Below, piece by piece: positions 33,955 to 43,909 of a DNA stretch of 64,000 bases. The position numbers and the translations under genes were made by a program. Location: the NCBI GenBank assembly GCA_019721075.1, contig JAHEAD010000010.1:3400-67399 (forward strand), read 5' to 3'. Origin of the DNA: Candidatus Sysuiplasma jiujiangense (GTDB lineage: Archaea; Thermoplasmatota; Thermoplasmata; Sysuiplasmatales; Sysuiplasmataceae). How positions within the stretch are numbered: position 1 is the stretch's first letter; each line of letters opens with the position of its first letter. The notes under the pieces are model-generated. The model ran no database searches, had not been told where the DNA came from, and was given only the letters and a program-made list of their open reading frames with translations.

Positions 33955-34602
33955 CTATTCCTTTATCGCCTTCAGGAAGAAGAGACGGTTATGTGCCACA
34001 AAACTGCCATTTTTCCTGATGAAACTGTCGAGCCGCCTTAATTTTTCCCCATATGCCGTTACTTCGAAATCAGGTATCTGCCATTCGACTATTCTCAGAT
34101 AACTTACCACCGCGCCTATGTCCTTGAAAATTGCGCGCGGTTCCGCCTCCGCCTCCTCAACTATGCTGAAGCCTGCATTCTTCAGCTGTCTTTTCGCCGT
34201 GGAAAGTGTCCACTTCACTTCCGGCACTTTCGCCCCCAGGAATGCATTCAGTTCAGATTTCAGCCCGTTTCCCACCTGCTGTGTTATGAAAACTCCTCTC
34301 GGCCTGAGGACGCGCAGAACTTCGCCGGCCTTGAACGACTCATGTCTGTCAATCACCAGATCTATAGACGAATCCCTGAACGGGAGAGCGCCTCTCTGCG
34401 GGACAGCATAATTGTCATCGCAAAACGTTCTTATCACTTCCACGCCAAGCGGGGCAAGCTTCTTCCGCGCTACAGGGACGTTGGGTGCATATCCCTCCGT
34501 TGCACAGCTGAATGGCGGCAGCGGCATCAAGTGTGAAAGCAATTCCCCTCCCCCTGTTCCCAGATCAACCATTACATTGGCACCGGGAAAATGCGCTTTC
34601 AC
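33955..34602 (-). CDS. Class I SAM-dependent methyltransferase; start uncertain (conserved-looking sequence continues upstream to about 34755 without a canonical start)
   Basis: Motif I is VMVDLGTGGGELL, and the post-I acidic motif and motif II (DLVIDRHE) are present. The in-frame upstream extension PEKSFDELIDEALSWQFSGWDFSYLRGRL looks protein-like but has no ATG/GTG/TTG. Confidence 0.5.
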   Translation of the reverse strand: MKAHFPGANVMVDLGTGGGELLSHLMPLPPFSCATEGYAPNVPVARKKLAPLGVEVIRTFCDDNYAVPQRGALPFRDSSIDLVIDRHESFKAGEVLRVLRPRGVFITQQVGNGLKSELNAFLGAKVPEVKWTLSTAKRQLKNAGFSIVEEAEAEPRAIFKDIGAVVSYLRIVEWQIPDFEVTAYGEKLRRLDSFIRKNGSFVAHNRLFFLKAIKE

Positions 34603-35251
34603 TATCGCACTGTAGTTCCATGGAGGAGGTTCCTCGACCAGTCTTCCCCTGAGATATGAGAAGTCCCATCCGGAAAACTGCCACGACAGCGCCTCATCAA
34701 TAAGTTCATCAAATGATTTTTCAGGAATTACCCGATCACCCGGGTAACAGGCACTTCATTCCGCTGCAAAAGCGTTTGCCTCAATATACCGAGTGCGGAA
34801 GGAAGGCGCAAGTCCCGTCCATTCGCTATGCGGACGGAGTTGAACCCTATGGATTTATTGGGAATTTGTATTCGCACAGCGGATTGCACATGCCGAATAC
34901 CAGAATTGATATCACATCCGGTCGCCTGTTCTGCGGACTTTCTGCTCAAAAATAGAATTCTCGAACGACCTTTGTGCCAATGACCTGCGGCCTTCGAATT
35001 CACTCTATTCGGCAATATGCAACGGTTGTGGGGCCGGAAAAAACACTGCCAAAGCGGCTTTTGACATTTATTGACAACATTACAGGTATAAGATGCAAGG
35101 CCGCCGGCCTGACCGGGCATGCCTGACCTCAATTTCCGATATAACTCTGTGGCCATTTCAGAATACAGGTCCGGCTGGTTTGTGCTGTCCTGAAGCGTTG
35201 CCTATTTACGACTGCATCATATTTAATAATCAGCTCAATTGTCACTCCTGG

Positions 35252-35884
35252 ATGCCGATGACCGAAAGAAGGATTATCGAATTCGATCTGACGAAAGGAT
35301 ATGCACTCATAGACGATGAAAGGACAGATCCGTTCGACATAATAGATGCGATACAGGGAGAAAGCGATCTGCTCCTCATGCACGATCTCGACAGCCTTAA
35401 CAAAAACAAACAGCAGCTGGACGTTCTTCAGGACATGGCGGAAGAAGTCGGCATATGGTACGAGGGAGGACTCAGATATGCCGACAGCCTGATAGATCCG
35501 CTGGTTTCTGGTGCTCAGAAGGTGGTTGTCGGCAACGCCTACTTCAGGGACGAAGAATATGAAAAGGCAATCAGGATGACTGACAGCGTAGTGATAGATA
35601 TTGATGCAGATTACCCCGACCGGGTCACGGGATACACAAGATCGAAATGGGATAATCTTGTTTTGAGGAGACTCGTTGGGACAGGATACGGAACGGCGAT
35701 TGCCTCGCCGACCGCGGCGCAGGACGTAATGGGCTCGCTGAAAGGCCTGAATCTTGAGCTCTGGATCCGGACGGATGAAGTCGCGGACGGGTTCGATAGG
35801 ATTACTGCCGAAATGAAAGCTGCCGGCCTGTCGGTTGCAGGCAGAATAGCAAGTGTGAAGGAGCTGCTCGAAAACAATGACTGA
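35252..35884 (+). CDS. HisA/HisF-like TIM-barrel protein (tentative)
   Basis: RIIEFDLTKGYALID resembles the HisA N-terminal IPAIDLKDG block. The track ORF starts at 35093, but the likely start is MPMTERR. Confidence 0.3.
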   Translation: MPMTERRIIEFDLTKGYALIDDERTDPFDIIDAIQGESDLLLMHDLDSLNKNKQQLDVLQDMAEEVGIWYEGGLRYADSLIDPLVSGAQKVVVGNAYFRDEEYEKAIRMTDSVVIDIDADYPDRVTGYTRSKWDNLVLRRLVGTGYGTAIASPTAAQDVMGSLKGLNLELWIRTDEVADGFDRITAEMKAAGLSVAGRIASVKELLENND

Positions 35885-36362
35885 CACCGAAAAACTCAGG
35901 GAAGCCGTGGCAGCGATCTACAGGAGGAAGGGGAAGAAGACGCTTACAGAAGAGGAGATAAAATTCACCTGCTCGATGGAACTTCGATGGTTTCCTCCCG
36001 AAAAGGCCGAAGTCTTTTTCCACAATGCAAAGACGGCGCGCCTGCTCGTAGCCCGGGAACAGGGATATGCTCCCGCTTTCGATGTGGACGACAGGCACAT
36101 AAGACATGTGATTAAGCCTGACGAAAGCATTGTGCTGAAGGGTGCGGACCTGGTCTCTGAAGTCGTTGAATTCATTGCTTCCTCTCTGAAACAGAGCAAA
36201 AGCGAGGTGATGGGTAAAATCAACAGGATGAAAAAAGAGATGGATATCGAAACGGCCACTGCCGCCATACTTGTCGGACTGAAAGAGGGCCTGGAGATGG
36301 AGGAGTTTGCCGGTCTGGCCCTGGATGAGCTGCAGCGCACTTACGCCGGCGGCGACACCTGA
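35877..36362 (+). CDS. Conserved archaeal hypothetical protein (DUF2240-like, tentative)
   Basis: It is a 161-aa helical protein that overlaps the upstream gene by 8 nt. Confidence 0.3.
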   Translation: MTDTEKLREAVAAIYRRKGKKTLTEEEIKFTCSMELRWFPPEKAEVFFHNAKTARLLVAREQGYAPAFDVDDRHIRHVIKPDESIVLKGADLVSEVVEFIASSLKQSKSEVMGKINRMKKEMDIETATAAILVGLKEGLEMEEFAGLALDELQRTYAGGDT

Positions 36363-36389
36363 AAAGGCATGTCCTGCCAGTACTGCGAA

Positions 36390-36923
36390 TCACTTTTCAA
36401 TGAAATCGCCAAGAGTAAGCTCACGCCTCTTCGCCTGCGGTACAGTGAATTCATGCCTGGTCTCTTCAATAAGCGTTATTTTGAGCTGTTTTTCGAGCTT
36501 CCTTATCAGTGAGTCGGTGGGGACAAGGGTGCCTGCCTCCAGATCGCGGATAACGCTTTTCTTTTCATTGAGTCTGGCTGCGAGTTCCTCCTGCTTCAGG
36601 CCGAGCGAATTTCTTGCTTTCATAATTCTCTTCGGGAAATCAGGGGCGAGTTCACCGATGCTGTCTAGTGCGTCCGGGGTTTCTTTCACGGAAGAGCTAA
36701 CGGCCGTCGGCCGGGCCTTGGGTCCGGGAACAATTTTCCGGCCCTTCGTAACTGAGCGTGATGCTGCTGCAGGCAGGTCGACGGGCTTGCCGAACCTTGC
36801 GCATTCCTGTCCAACCATCATTATGGCGTTTTCTATTTTCACCCTGATCAGTTTTCCCGATTCCCTGCCGCACATTTCACAGACTGCCAGATTCACACCT
36901 CCCGTGACAGGTACGCGCAGCAC
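36390..36923 (-). CDS. Archaeal MBF1-type transcription factor (zinc ribbon plus XRE-family HTH)
   Basis: An N-terminal CEMCG...C..FG zinc ribbon is followed by a C-terminal HTH (IMKARNSLGLKQEELAARLNEKKSVIRDLEAG). Confidence 0.6.
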   Translation of the reverse strand: MLRVPVTGGVNLAVCEMCGRESGKLIRVKIENAIMMVGQECARFGKPVDLPAAASRSVTKGRKIVPGPKARPTAVSSSVKETPDALDSIGELAPDFPKRIMKARNSLGLKQEELAARLNEKKSVIRDLEAGTLVPTDSLIRKLEKQLKITLIEETRHEFTVPQAKRRELTLGDFIEK

Positions 36924-37125
36924 TCTGCAGTTGTCTCAATGCAGTCCGAAGGCGACTCAAAAATCTCATATCCATTTCTCTCAACTCTGTATCCATGTTA
37001 CATAGAACATACTATCTAACATTTGCTAGCAGGCATTTTGGACGATGATTTTCTATCACAAAGTTTTTAATTAACGGAGACCAATAAGCCACTAGAATTT
37101 TAAGACGGCATGAGGTGCATAAATT

Positions 37126-38340
37126 TTGTCTGAAGGGACCAGGATCGACAGCGAGGATGAGATTTACAGAAGACTGCTTCTTCTCGAGGAAAGGAACACA
37201 CAGCTGATGGAGCAGGCAAGAAGGGTCGAAGGCGAAAAAAGATATGTTCAGAGTGAGCTGGACAGGCTTCAAAGAGAGCTCAAAAGGCTGAAAAATGAGC
37301 TTGACAGGCTCAAGGCGCCGCCTCTTATCATTGGAAACATCAGGGACATCCTGGCCGACGGACGTGTCGTTGTAAAGAGTTCGACAGGACCGGATTTTGT
37401 TGTCAACATTTCGGACAATGTTGATGCGGCAGATATAGAGATCGGCGCAAGGGTAGCGCTGAACAAACAGACGCTCGCAGTAATGGGTCTGCTTCCCTCG
37501 TCTCTTGATCCAATAGTCACTGGCGCAGAAGTTATAGACAAGCCTGATGCATCATACGCGGAGATAGGCGGTCTTGAGAAACAGCTGGTCGAAGTCAGGG
37601 AGGCGGTGGAGGACCCGCTGCTTCGCCCAGAACTCTACAGGAAAATAGGCATCGAGCCGCCAAAGGGCATTCTGCTGGTCGGTCCGCCGGGCACAGGCAA
37701 GACGCTGATAGCAAAGGCAGTTGCACACAACACTAATGCCACTTTCATAAGGCTTGTCGGCTCTGAACTTGTCCAGAAATACATAGGGGAGGGTGCTAGA
37801 CTGGTCAGGGAACTCTTTGAACTGGCCAAGCAGAAGGCACCAAGCATCGTCTTCATTGATGAACTTGACTCCGTCGGCGCGAAGAGACTAGATGCGGCAA
37901 CTTCAGGTGACAGGGAAGTACAGCGCACACTGATGCAGCTGCTCGCCGAACTGGACGGTTTCAATCCCCTCGGCAATGTCAAGATAATTGCGGCATCAAA
38001 CAGACCGGACATACTGGACGATGCGCTTCTGAGACCGGGCCGCTTTGACAGGATCATCAAGGTGCCGCCTCCCGGGGTGGAGGCCAGAAAGGAGATTTTC
38101 AGGATACACACCGTGAAGATGAACACGGACCATTCGATCGATTTTGATGAGCTTGCGGTCAAAACTGAAGGCGCTACCGGGGCGGACATACATGCCATCT
38201 GCACAGAAGCTGGCATGTTCGCCATCAGGGATAACAGGGACAGCGTTCTGATGTCAGATTTCGAAAAGAGCATTTCCAAGGTGCTCGGCGAAGAAATGCC
38301 GCATACCCCTGCAGGTGAAGCTGGCCCTATGTTCGCGTGA
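37126..38340 (+). CDS. pan: Proteasome-activating nucleotidase (AAA+ regulatory ATPase); apparent TTG start
   Basis: It has an N-terminal coiled coil, then GILLVGPPGTGKTLIAKA (Walker A), IVFIDELD (Walker B) and the second region of homology (SRH). The C-terminus ...GPMFA is HbYX-like. Confidence 0.85.
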   Translation: MSEGTRIDSEDEIYRRLLLLEERNTQLMEQARRVEGEKRYVQSELDRLQRELKRLKNELDRLKAPPLIIGNIRDILADGRVVVKSSTGPDFVVNISDNVDAADIEIGARVALNKQTLAVMGLLPSSLDPIVTGAEVIDKPDASYAEIGGLEKQLVEVREAVEDPLLRPELYRKIGIEPPKGILLVGPPGTGKTLIAKAVAHNTNATFIRLVGSELVQKYIGEGARLVRELFELAKQKAPSIVFIDELDSVGAKRLDAATSGDREVQRTLMQLLAELDGFNPLGNVKIIAASNRPDILDDALLRPGRFDRIIKVPPPGVEARKEIFRIHTVKMNTDHSIDFDELAVKTEGATGADIHAICTEAGMFAIRDNRDSVLMSDFEKSISKVLGEEMPHTPAGEAGPMFA

Positions 38341-38665
38341 CACCTTCGCCGCTGATTCGCTCCTCAACATCCTCTTCAAACACGAGGGGACCGATGTAAT
38401 TGCATCTCTTGCAGTGATATTTCTGCCCTGTAATCATGCCTGCTTCATAATACAGATCCGTTGAGCCGCAGCTGGGACATTTCCTGACGGTCCTCCGTGT
38501 CACCGTAAAGCCGCAACTGGCACACCTGAACCATCTCGTTCCGCCCTTCCTGGTGACATTTGTGTCGGCGGAACCGCACTCCGGACAGCTGCTTTGTTTG
38601 AATCTCAATATTGGTTGAAGGGCGTCCGGGTATTTTACGTTTCCATACGGTATGCTGGCCCTCAA
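38327..38665 (-). CDS. Multi-zinc-ribbon protein, unknown function
   Basis: It has three Cx2C...Cx2C pairs (CPECGS...CASCG, CPSCGS...CKRCNY). It overlaps the pan 3' end by 14 nt. Confidence 0.4.
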   Translation of the reverse strand: MRASIPYGNVKYPDALQPILRFKQSSCPECGSADTNVTRKGGTRWFRCASCGFTVTRRTVRKCPSCGSTDLYYEAGMITGQKYHCKRCNYIGPLVFEEDVEERISGEGVTRT

Positions 38666-38769
38666 CCGTTGCCGTCCACAGGGAAGGCACCTTGCAAAAT
38701 CAAGAGTGATAATGACCTGTTACAGCTTATATACTGCATAATTGCCTCTCCCCAAAAAAGGCGAGGGAA

Positions 38770-39114
38770 ATGCAACCTTTTGAAGCAATGCAACTGATGA
38801 CCGACGAATATGCGGTAAAGATACTTGTGGGAACGATGCGGAAGCCGAGAACTGCAATAGATCTCTCCGAGCTGTTCGGGATACCCATTGCGGCCTGCTA
38901 CAGGAAAATAAGGCTCCTTGAAGAGATGGGTCTCATCTCCTGTATCGAGCGGCGGCTTACAAGAGAAGGCAAGCGCATAAGCGTTTACCAGTCGCAGCTC
39001 AAGAATGCCTATATGTCATTTGAGGACGGAAGACTCAGGGTCAGGTTTGAGCTGGCAAATGGCGTGGTACAGGACTCCGGGGATCAGAGTCTGGTAACTT
39101 CAATAACTGTCTGA
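38770..39114 (+). CDS. Small winged-HTH transcriptional regulator (paralog of 52129-52467)
   Basis: LMTDEYAVKILVGTMRKPRTAIDLSELFGIPIAACYRKIRLLEEMGLI is an ArsR/MarR-like wHTH. By eye it is roughly 50-60% identical to the 52129-52467 ORF. Confidence 0.5.
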   Translation: MQPFEAMQLMTDEYAVKILVGTMRKPRTAIDLSELFGIPIAACYRKIRLLEEMGLISCIERRLTREGKRISVYQSQLKNAYMSFEDGRLRVRFELANGVVQDSGDQSLVTSITV

Positions 39115-39171
39115 AGCAGATAAGCCTGAAACTGCCGGACATTAAACACCTTTCTGCCATTTCGTCTGAGC

Positions 39172-39190
39172 GATTGTTTTTTTTATCCGG
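39172..39190 (+). terminator. Oligo-T tract (archaeal intrinsic terminator candidate) downstream of the wHTH gene
   Basis: GATTGTTTTTTTTATCC has a T8 run about 60 nt after the stop codon. Confidence 0.3.
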
Positions 39191-39380
39191 CCGGTTGCCC
39201 AATACTGTTGCCTGCTGCCGGCCTTTTGACAGTTTAATCGTGAAACGGAGAGGCTGGCGGGCGTTCCGGCTTTCGAATGAATACTGGTCTCACCTTGATA
39301 CTTAGTAATTTTATTCTACATGGATTTCAGATAATACATTTTGACCAAAGATTTATACTGAAACAGTTAATTGCTTAACG

Positions 39381-40982
39381 ATGCGGACAGTGCTGATAAG
39401 GCCTACGAATCCGTCCGGCAGTGCATATCTGACCAAATGGGGATTCCTCCCTGCCCCGCTCGGGCTGCTTCAGCTCGCCGGTGAGCTTCAGAGACTCGAC
39501 AACTCCAGCATCAGGATTATCGACATGGAGGCCGAGAGCATGACAGTGGAGCGGGTGCTCGACGAGATTTCGGCATTCAGGCCTGACATGATAGGCATCA
39601 CAATCCACGCGACCGCGGCACACGGCACCTCCTGCGAAATTGCTCGCAGAGTGAAGCAGCGTTTTCCTGATACTGTTATCGTGGCAGGAGGTCATCATGC
39701 AACCTTCCTTCCCAATGATCTTCTGCGGGAGGGGTTTGACATCGTCGTCCTGGGGGAAGGCGATTTCACTTTCGCCGAAATAGCATCTGCCGTGGATGCC
39801 GGCACAGACCTCGGCCTCATTCCTGGAATAGTCTACAAGGCCAAGGGGAAGTTCGTCCGCACAGGCCGGAGGGGGCTTATCGAGGATCTTGACACGCTTG
39901 CATTTCCGGCACTGGAACTGATAGATGCTTCAAAGTACACCTTCTCGGTTTTCGGAAAGGAGAGCAGGGTGCTCTGCCTGGAAACATCACGCGGCTGTCC
40001 GTATGCATGCGATTTCTGCTCTGTCACGCCGACATGGGGTAACAAGTGGCGGAACAAGTCAAACGCGAGGATTATTGAGGAGATGCACAACGCTGAAAAA
40101 TTCGGCTACGACTGGATATTCTTTACGGATGACATATTCATCGTTTTCCCGAACACAAAGCAGAGGGCTTTGCTCTTCCGGTCAATGATGGATAACGGTT
40201 TTGATTTCAGATGGATCGTTCAGATGAGGGCCGACGTGACAGCAAAGAATCCGGAGCTGATAAGGAAGGGAGCTGAGGCAGGCATGAGCGTGGCCTTCAT
40301 GGGCATCGAGTCCGGCAGCCAGGAGATCCTTCGCAAAATGCACAAGGGTATTTTTACGCCGCAGTCTGTGGACGCCGTAAGGATACTCAGCGGAAACGGC
40401 GTGATTGTACTGTGCGGCATGATGATCGGCGCGCCGTACGAAAGGCTCAGGGACATGATTACGACGGTCAGGTTTTCGAACAAACTGGCGGATGCCGGTG
40501 CTGATGCCGTACAGTTCAGCATATACACCCCGCTTCCCGGTACAAGGGTGTTCGACGATGCACTCAGGAACGGCAGGCTCTTTACGCTTGACTGGGACAG
40601 GTATGATGTTCTTACGCCGGTCATGAAGACAAAGGTGCATCCTGCAGTTGTCCAGCTTGTCCAGTTCTATGCCAATTATTCCTTCTATGTCAGAAAATAC
40701 CTGCTCTCGAAGATGGGGCGGAGAGCCGTACATGAGAGAAAAGAGAAGCTTGTTTCTGACGCAACGCGGTTCATATTTGAAATGATGCCGGAATACATAA
40801 GGGATATGACAAAGTTCCCTGCGCAGCTCATCAGAACCAGCAGACTGTATGCGTCCCTTGCCAGGAACGCAGGCATTGCGAAAGATGCTGTGGCCGAACT
40901 TATGGAGAACTCAAACAGCGTGATTTACCTGCAGAAGCCAGGCACTGCCAATCCCTATTTCAGGATAAAGCAGGAGCAGTGA
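39381..40982 (+). CDS. Class B (cobalamin-binding) radical SAM enzyme
   Basis: An N-terminal B12-binding-like domain (IGITIHATAAHGT..., VIVAGGHHATF) precedes a radical SAM core with SRGCPYACDFCSV (CxxxCxxC). Confidence 0.75.
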   Translation: MRTVLIRPTNPSGSAYLTKWGFLPAPLGLLQLAGELQRLDNSSIRIIDMEAESMTVERVLDEISAFRPDMIGITIHATAAHGTSCEIARRVKQRFPDTVIVAGGHHATFLPNDLLREGFDIVVLGEGDFTFAEIASAVDAGTDLGLIPGIVYKAKGKFVRTGRRGLIEDLDTLAFPALELIDASKYTFSVFGKESRVLCLETSRGCPYACDFCSVTPTWGNKWRNKSNARIIEEMHNAEKFGYDWIFFTDDIFIVFPNTKQRALLFRSMMDNGFDFRWIVQMRADVTAKNPELIRKGAEAGMSVAFMGIESGSQEILRKMHKGIFTPQSVDAVRILSGNGVIVLCGMMIGAPYERLRDMITTVRFSNKLADAGADAVQFSIYTPLPGTRVFDDALRNGRLFTLDWDRYDVLTPVMKTKVHPAVVQLVQFYANYSFYVRKYLLSKMGRRAVHERKEKLVSDATRFIFEMMPEYIRDMTKFPAQLIRTSRLYASLARNAGIAKDAVAELMENSNSVIYLQKPGTANPYFRIKQEQ

Positions 40983-40991
40983 GCCTTTCTG

Positions 40992-41453
40992 CTACTGCTT
41001 CTTCCGCCTGTTCCTTTTCGATACGGCATAATCCATTTCCAGTGCGGCCCTGTATTTGGCCCACATTGCACCGACCCTTGCCTCGAATGTAGAGGCCGGC
41101 TCGGGTTCACCTGTCTTGAAGGTTTCGCGGAACACCATGTTGAGGACAGTGCGGTTGCGCCCATCTTCGCTTAACGTGTAGTCGCCTATCTCGTTGACGC
41201 CGTCATCATAATCAACAAGATGCCAGGACGACTTGGGTTTCAGGGACACAATCCTGATGCCCTCAGTGCTCCTGCCGCCGGTATTGTAATGTGCTATCCA
41301 TACAACCGTGCTCTTTGTCTTTTCAAAAATATGTCTCGTCCATGTTGCGCCGATCAGCTTTGCGTCGTCTTCCCTGTAATCGGTGCACCAGTCGTAGACA
41401 AACGTCCTCGGTGCCTCGAACGTCACTGAAAGGCGGTAAACACGTGTTTTCAT
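40992..41453 (-). CDS. SRPBCC (START/Bet v1/polyketide-cyclase-like) domain protein; likely start MKTRVYRL
   Basis: It is about 150 aa with an alpha+beta pattern (RVYRLSVTFEAPRTFVYDWCTDYRED...) typical of SRPBCC ligand-binding proteins. Confidence 0.4.
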   Translation of the reverse strand: MKTRVYRLSVTFEAPRTFVYDWCTDYREDDAKLIGATWTRHIFEKTKSTVVWIAHYNTGGRSTEGIRIVSLKPKSSWHLVDYDDGVNEIGDYTLSEDGRNRTVLNMVFRETFKTGEPEPASTFEARVGAMWAKYRAALEMDYAVSKRNRRKKQ

Positions 41454-41573
41454 AATCAGAGTATTGCAATGATGGATTATAAACATGCATCCGTAAAGAG
41501 CTGCAGATTGCGGCACTGACTTTTTGAATGGCGCTGGAACCGGGACGAGCTCTGCCGAGCTGCCGCAGGCCGC

Positions 41574-42644
41574 TCAGTTGATGGAAATGTCGAAAACAGA
41601 CTCGAAGCGTTTTCGCCGGTAGTTTGCACCCAGGCTTCCCACGACCGGAAGCTGGTAGGAACACTTCATGCACCTGTTCCTGCCGTCAAGATTCCATGAT
41701 GTTATTTCAAACCCGTATCTGCCGATTGCGACACTGCCGCATCCCGGGCAGTATGTGCTCTCAAGCCTGTGCCCTGGCACATTACCGATATAGACATACC
41801 TGAGCCCCTGGGCGCGGGCAACCTCGTAGTGCCTTTCAAGCGTCTCAACAGGAGTGAAGGGGAAATCCATCATCCTGTAGTCCGGATGGAAGCGGAGGAA
41901 ATGAATGGGCACATCCGGTCCGTAGCTGTCGTAAATCCATCTGCAGAGTTTTTCGGCCTCCGCGAGGCTGTCACCGACGCCAGGCACAATGAGATCCGTG
42001 AACTCCACATGTATATTCGTCTTATTCCTTATCTCGTCAAGATATGTGAAAATAGGTCCGGCGTCTGGAATGCCGATATATTTCCTTACAAAATTCCTTT
42101 CTGCATTTCCCTTGAAGTCAACGGTTATCGCGTCGAGGAACGTTGAAAGATGGCTGACACCTTCCGGAGTCCCGTATCCGTTTGACACAAACAGGTTGAA
42201 CAGTCCTCTAGATCGTGCAATCCTGCCAATGTCTTCCGCAAACTCAGTGTAGATTGAAGGTTCATTGTATGTGTAGGCAATGCCCTCACAGTTCTTTTTC
42301 ACTGCCATTTCCACAACTTCGGCGGGCCGGAGTTCCGCGCCTTCCACCTTTCTCCTCTGACTTATGTCAAAATTCTGGCAGTAATGGCAGAGCCAGTTGC
42401 AGCCAGTTGTGGCAATAGAGAATATACGTGTGCCGGGATTGAAATGGACCAGCGGTTTTTTCTCTATGGGGTCTATGTGCCCGGTGATCACCCTTCCATA
42501 AACAAGCAGCTGCAGTCTCCCGCCCACATTCTGCCTTATGCCGCACAGACCGGTCTGTCCCTCGGCAAGTCTGCAGTACCTGGCGCACGCTGTGCATCTT
42601 ATCCTGCCGTTGTCCGCGATTTCGAAAAGGGTTGCTTCCTTCAT
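41574..42644 (-). CDS. AmmeMemoRadiSam-system-type radical SAM enzyme (AmrS / PFL-activase-like)
   Basis: An N-terminal auxiliary Cys motif CTACARYC...C precedes the radical SAM motif TTGCNWLCHYCQN. Confidence 0.7.
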   Translation of the reverse strand: MKEATLFEIADNGRIRCTACARYCRLAEGQTGLCGIRQNVGGRLQLLVYGRVITGHIDPIEKKPLVHFNPGTRIFSIATTGCNWLCHYCQNFDISQRRKVEGAELRPAEVVEMAVKKNCEGIAYTYNEPSIYTEFAEDIGRIARSRGLFNLFVSNGYGTPEGVSHLSTFLDAITVDFKGNAERNFVRKYIGIPDAGPIFTYLDEIRNKTNIHVEFTDLIVPGVGDSLAEAEKLCRWIYDSYGPDVPIHFLRFHPDYRMMDFPFTPVETLERHYEVARAQGLRYVYIGNVPGHRLESTYCPGCGSVAIGRYGFEITSWNLDGRNRCMKCSYQLPVVGSLGANYRRKRFESVFDISIN

Positions 42645-42699
42645 CCGTCACCGTACTATCCTGCTGCAGCTTAAAAAGGGTTTGCAGCAGAATTTCCGT

Positions 42700-43455
42700 T
42701 CAGCTGTAAAGGCCGTACGGCTCCTTTATTGCGGGTTCCGCCTGCTTCCTCACCTTTTCCATCTGTGCCTGTATCTGAACGGCTTCCGCCAGAAGAGGTC
42801 TTATTGAAAAATTGAACGGCTTGAACAGGCTGTTGAGTCCTTCGACCACAGCAGCGGCGGCCGCCGCGTCCGGAACGTCGACCATGGATTCGGCAAACAG
42901 CCCTATCACATCATGATTTCCCATTCTCCCCTCGTTCAGCATGATTGCTGAAACACCGGAAATCATTCCTGTATCGAGAACGTCGAGCTTTGCATCGCTT
43001 ATCATCCTTCTTGCATTGTCCGTCGTGCCAACGGCCCACATACGCGGCTTGGTTGCAAGCGGTCTGGTGTCATCCTCGGCTGAAAGACCGTCGAGCGAAA
43101 CAAAGATTTTACATCCGGAGTCGAGTCCCCACTTTATCAGTTCCCTGACAACCGGTCTGTGCGTCCTGGGAGGCAGCGGTATCTCGCTTGTGAATATCGC
43201 CATGTTCAGCTTTTCCGAGCAGTATATCCTCGACGGAAGTTTGGGCCTCGCGTTATAAACCATGGACACGGGCGGAAAGTCATCCGAGTCCATGGCTGCA
43301 ACCTGATTCATTGAATTGCTCGCAATTATATGATTTGCGGCGATGCCGGCCACCATTCCGATGCCGGTGGAGCTTTCAATCAGGACGCCGTCCTTGAGAT
43401 GCACATCACTCAGTTTTCTGGTAACAACATCTGTCAAGCAAATTACCTCTCGCAC
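42700..43455 (-). CDS. PAC2-family proteasome assembly chaperone homolog (PbaA/PbaB-like) with a C-terminal HbYX-like tail
   Basis: LIESSTGIGMVAGIAANHII...DFPPVSMV matches the PAC2 family core. The C-terminus ...PYGLYS ends in hydrophobic-Tyr-X. Confidence 0.6.
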   Translation of the reverse strand: MREVICLTDVVTRKLSDVHLKDGVLIESSTGIGMVAGIAANHIIASNSMNQVAAMDSDDFPPVSMVYNARPKLPSRIYCSEKLNMAIFTSEIPLPPRTHRPVVRELIKWGLDSGCKIFVSLDGLSAEDDTRPLATKPRMWAVGTTDNARRMISDAKLDVLDTGMISGVSAIMLNEGRMGNHDVIGLFAESMVDVPDAAAAAAVVEGLNSLFKPFNFSIRPLLAEAVQIQAQMEKVRKQAEPAIKEPYGLYS

Positions 43456-43909
43456 ATATTGTCTTAACTACTATTTTATTTAGACCGGAAAATCCGGCAG
43501 GACAGGAATGATCACATGCGTAACAGTCTGATGTTGTCTTCTGAGCAGACAGAGAATATGTTCTGCGAATCCGCCAAAAGGGTTGATGCGCATCGGGCAT
43601 CCGGGGAAAATGCGATTCTTCCTAACTTGTTTGAAACAGTCTGCCGGAAAGAACGATTTTTCAGTAAGCAGAGTGAAGGTCTGTTCTCACAGCCTGCGTG
43701 AGCCCTGCCGGATGGCCTCTCCGGGGAAATAAACGCATCTGGCTGACAGTTTGACCAGCCTCAGGCATGAAATCAGCACGTCGTTCCGACACCCTTCACA
43801 TCCGGTTGCAGTGCAAGCGCGCAACACTTGTCCGAAATACAGATTTCAGACTAAGACGGTGCGGGAGGCGCAGTGGGTAAGGAGAAGGGAAAATTATGAA
43901 TTGCAGCAC

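Noticed and set aside
34759-35251. A 500-bp spacer containing GGAAGGAAGGCGCAAGUCCCGUCC, which superficially recalls RNase P P4 / SRP motifs
   Set aside because: The match to conserved RNA motifs is only partial (no AAAGUCCGGGCUCC), and no cloverleaf or 5S-like structure could be built. It is more likely a divergent promoter region between the methyltransferase and the HisA-like gene.
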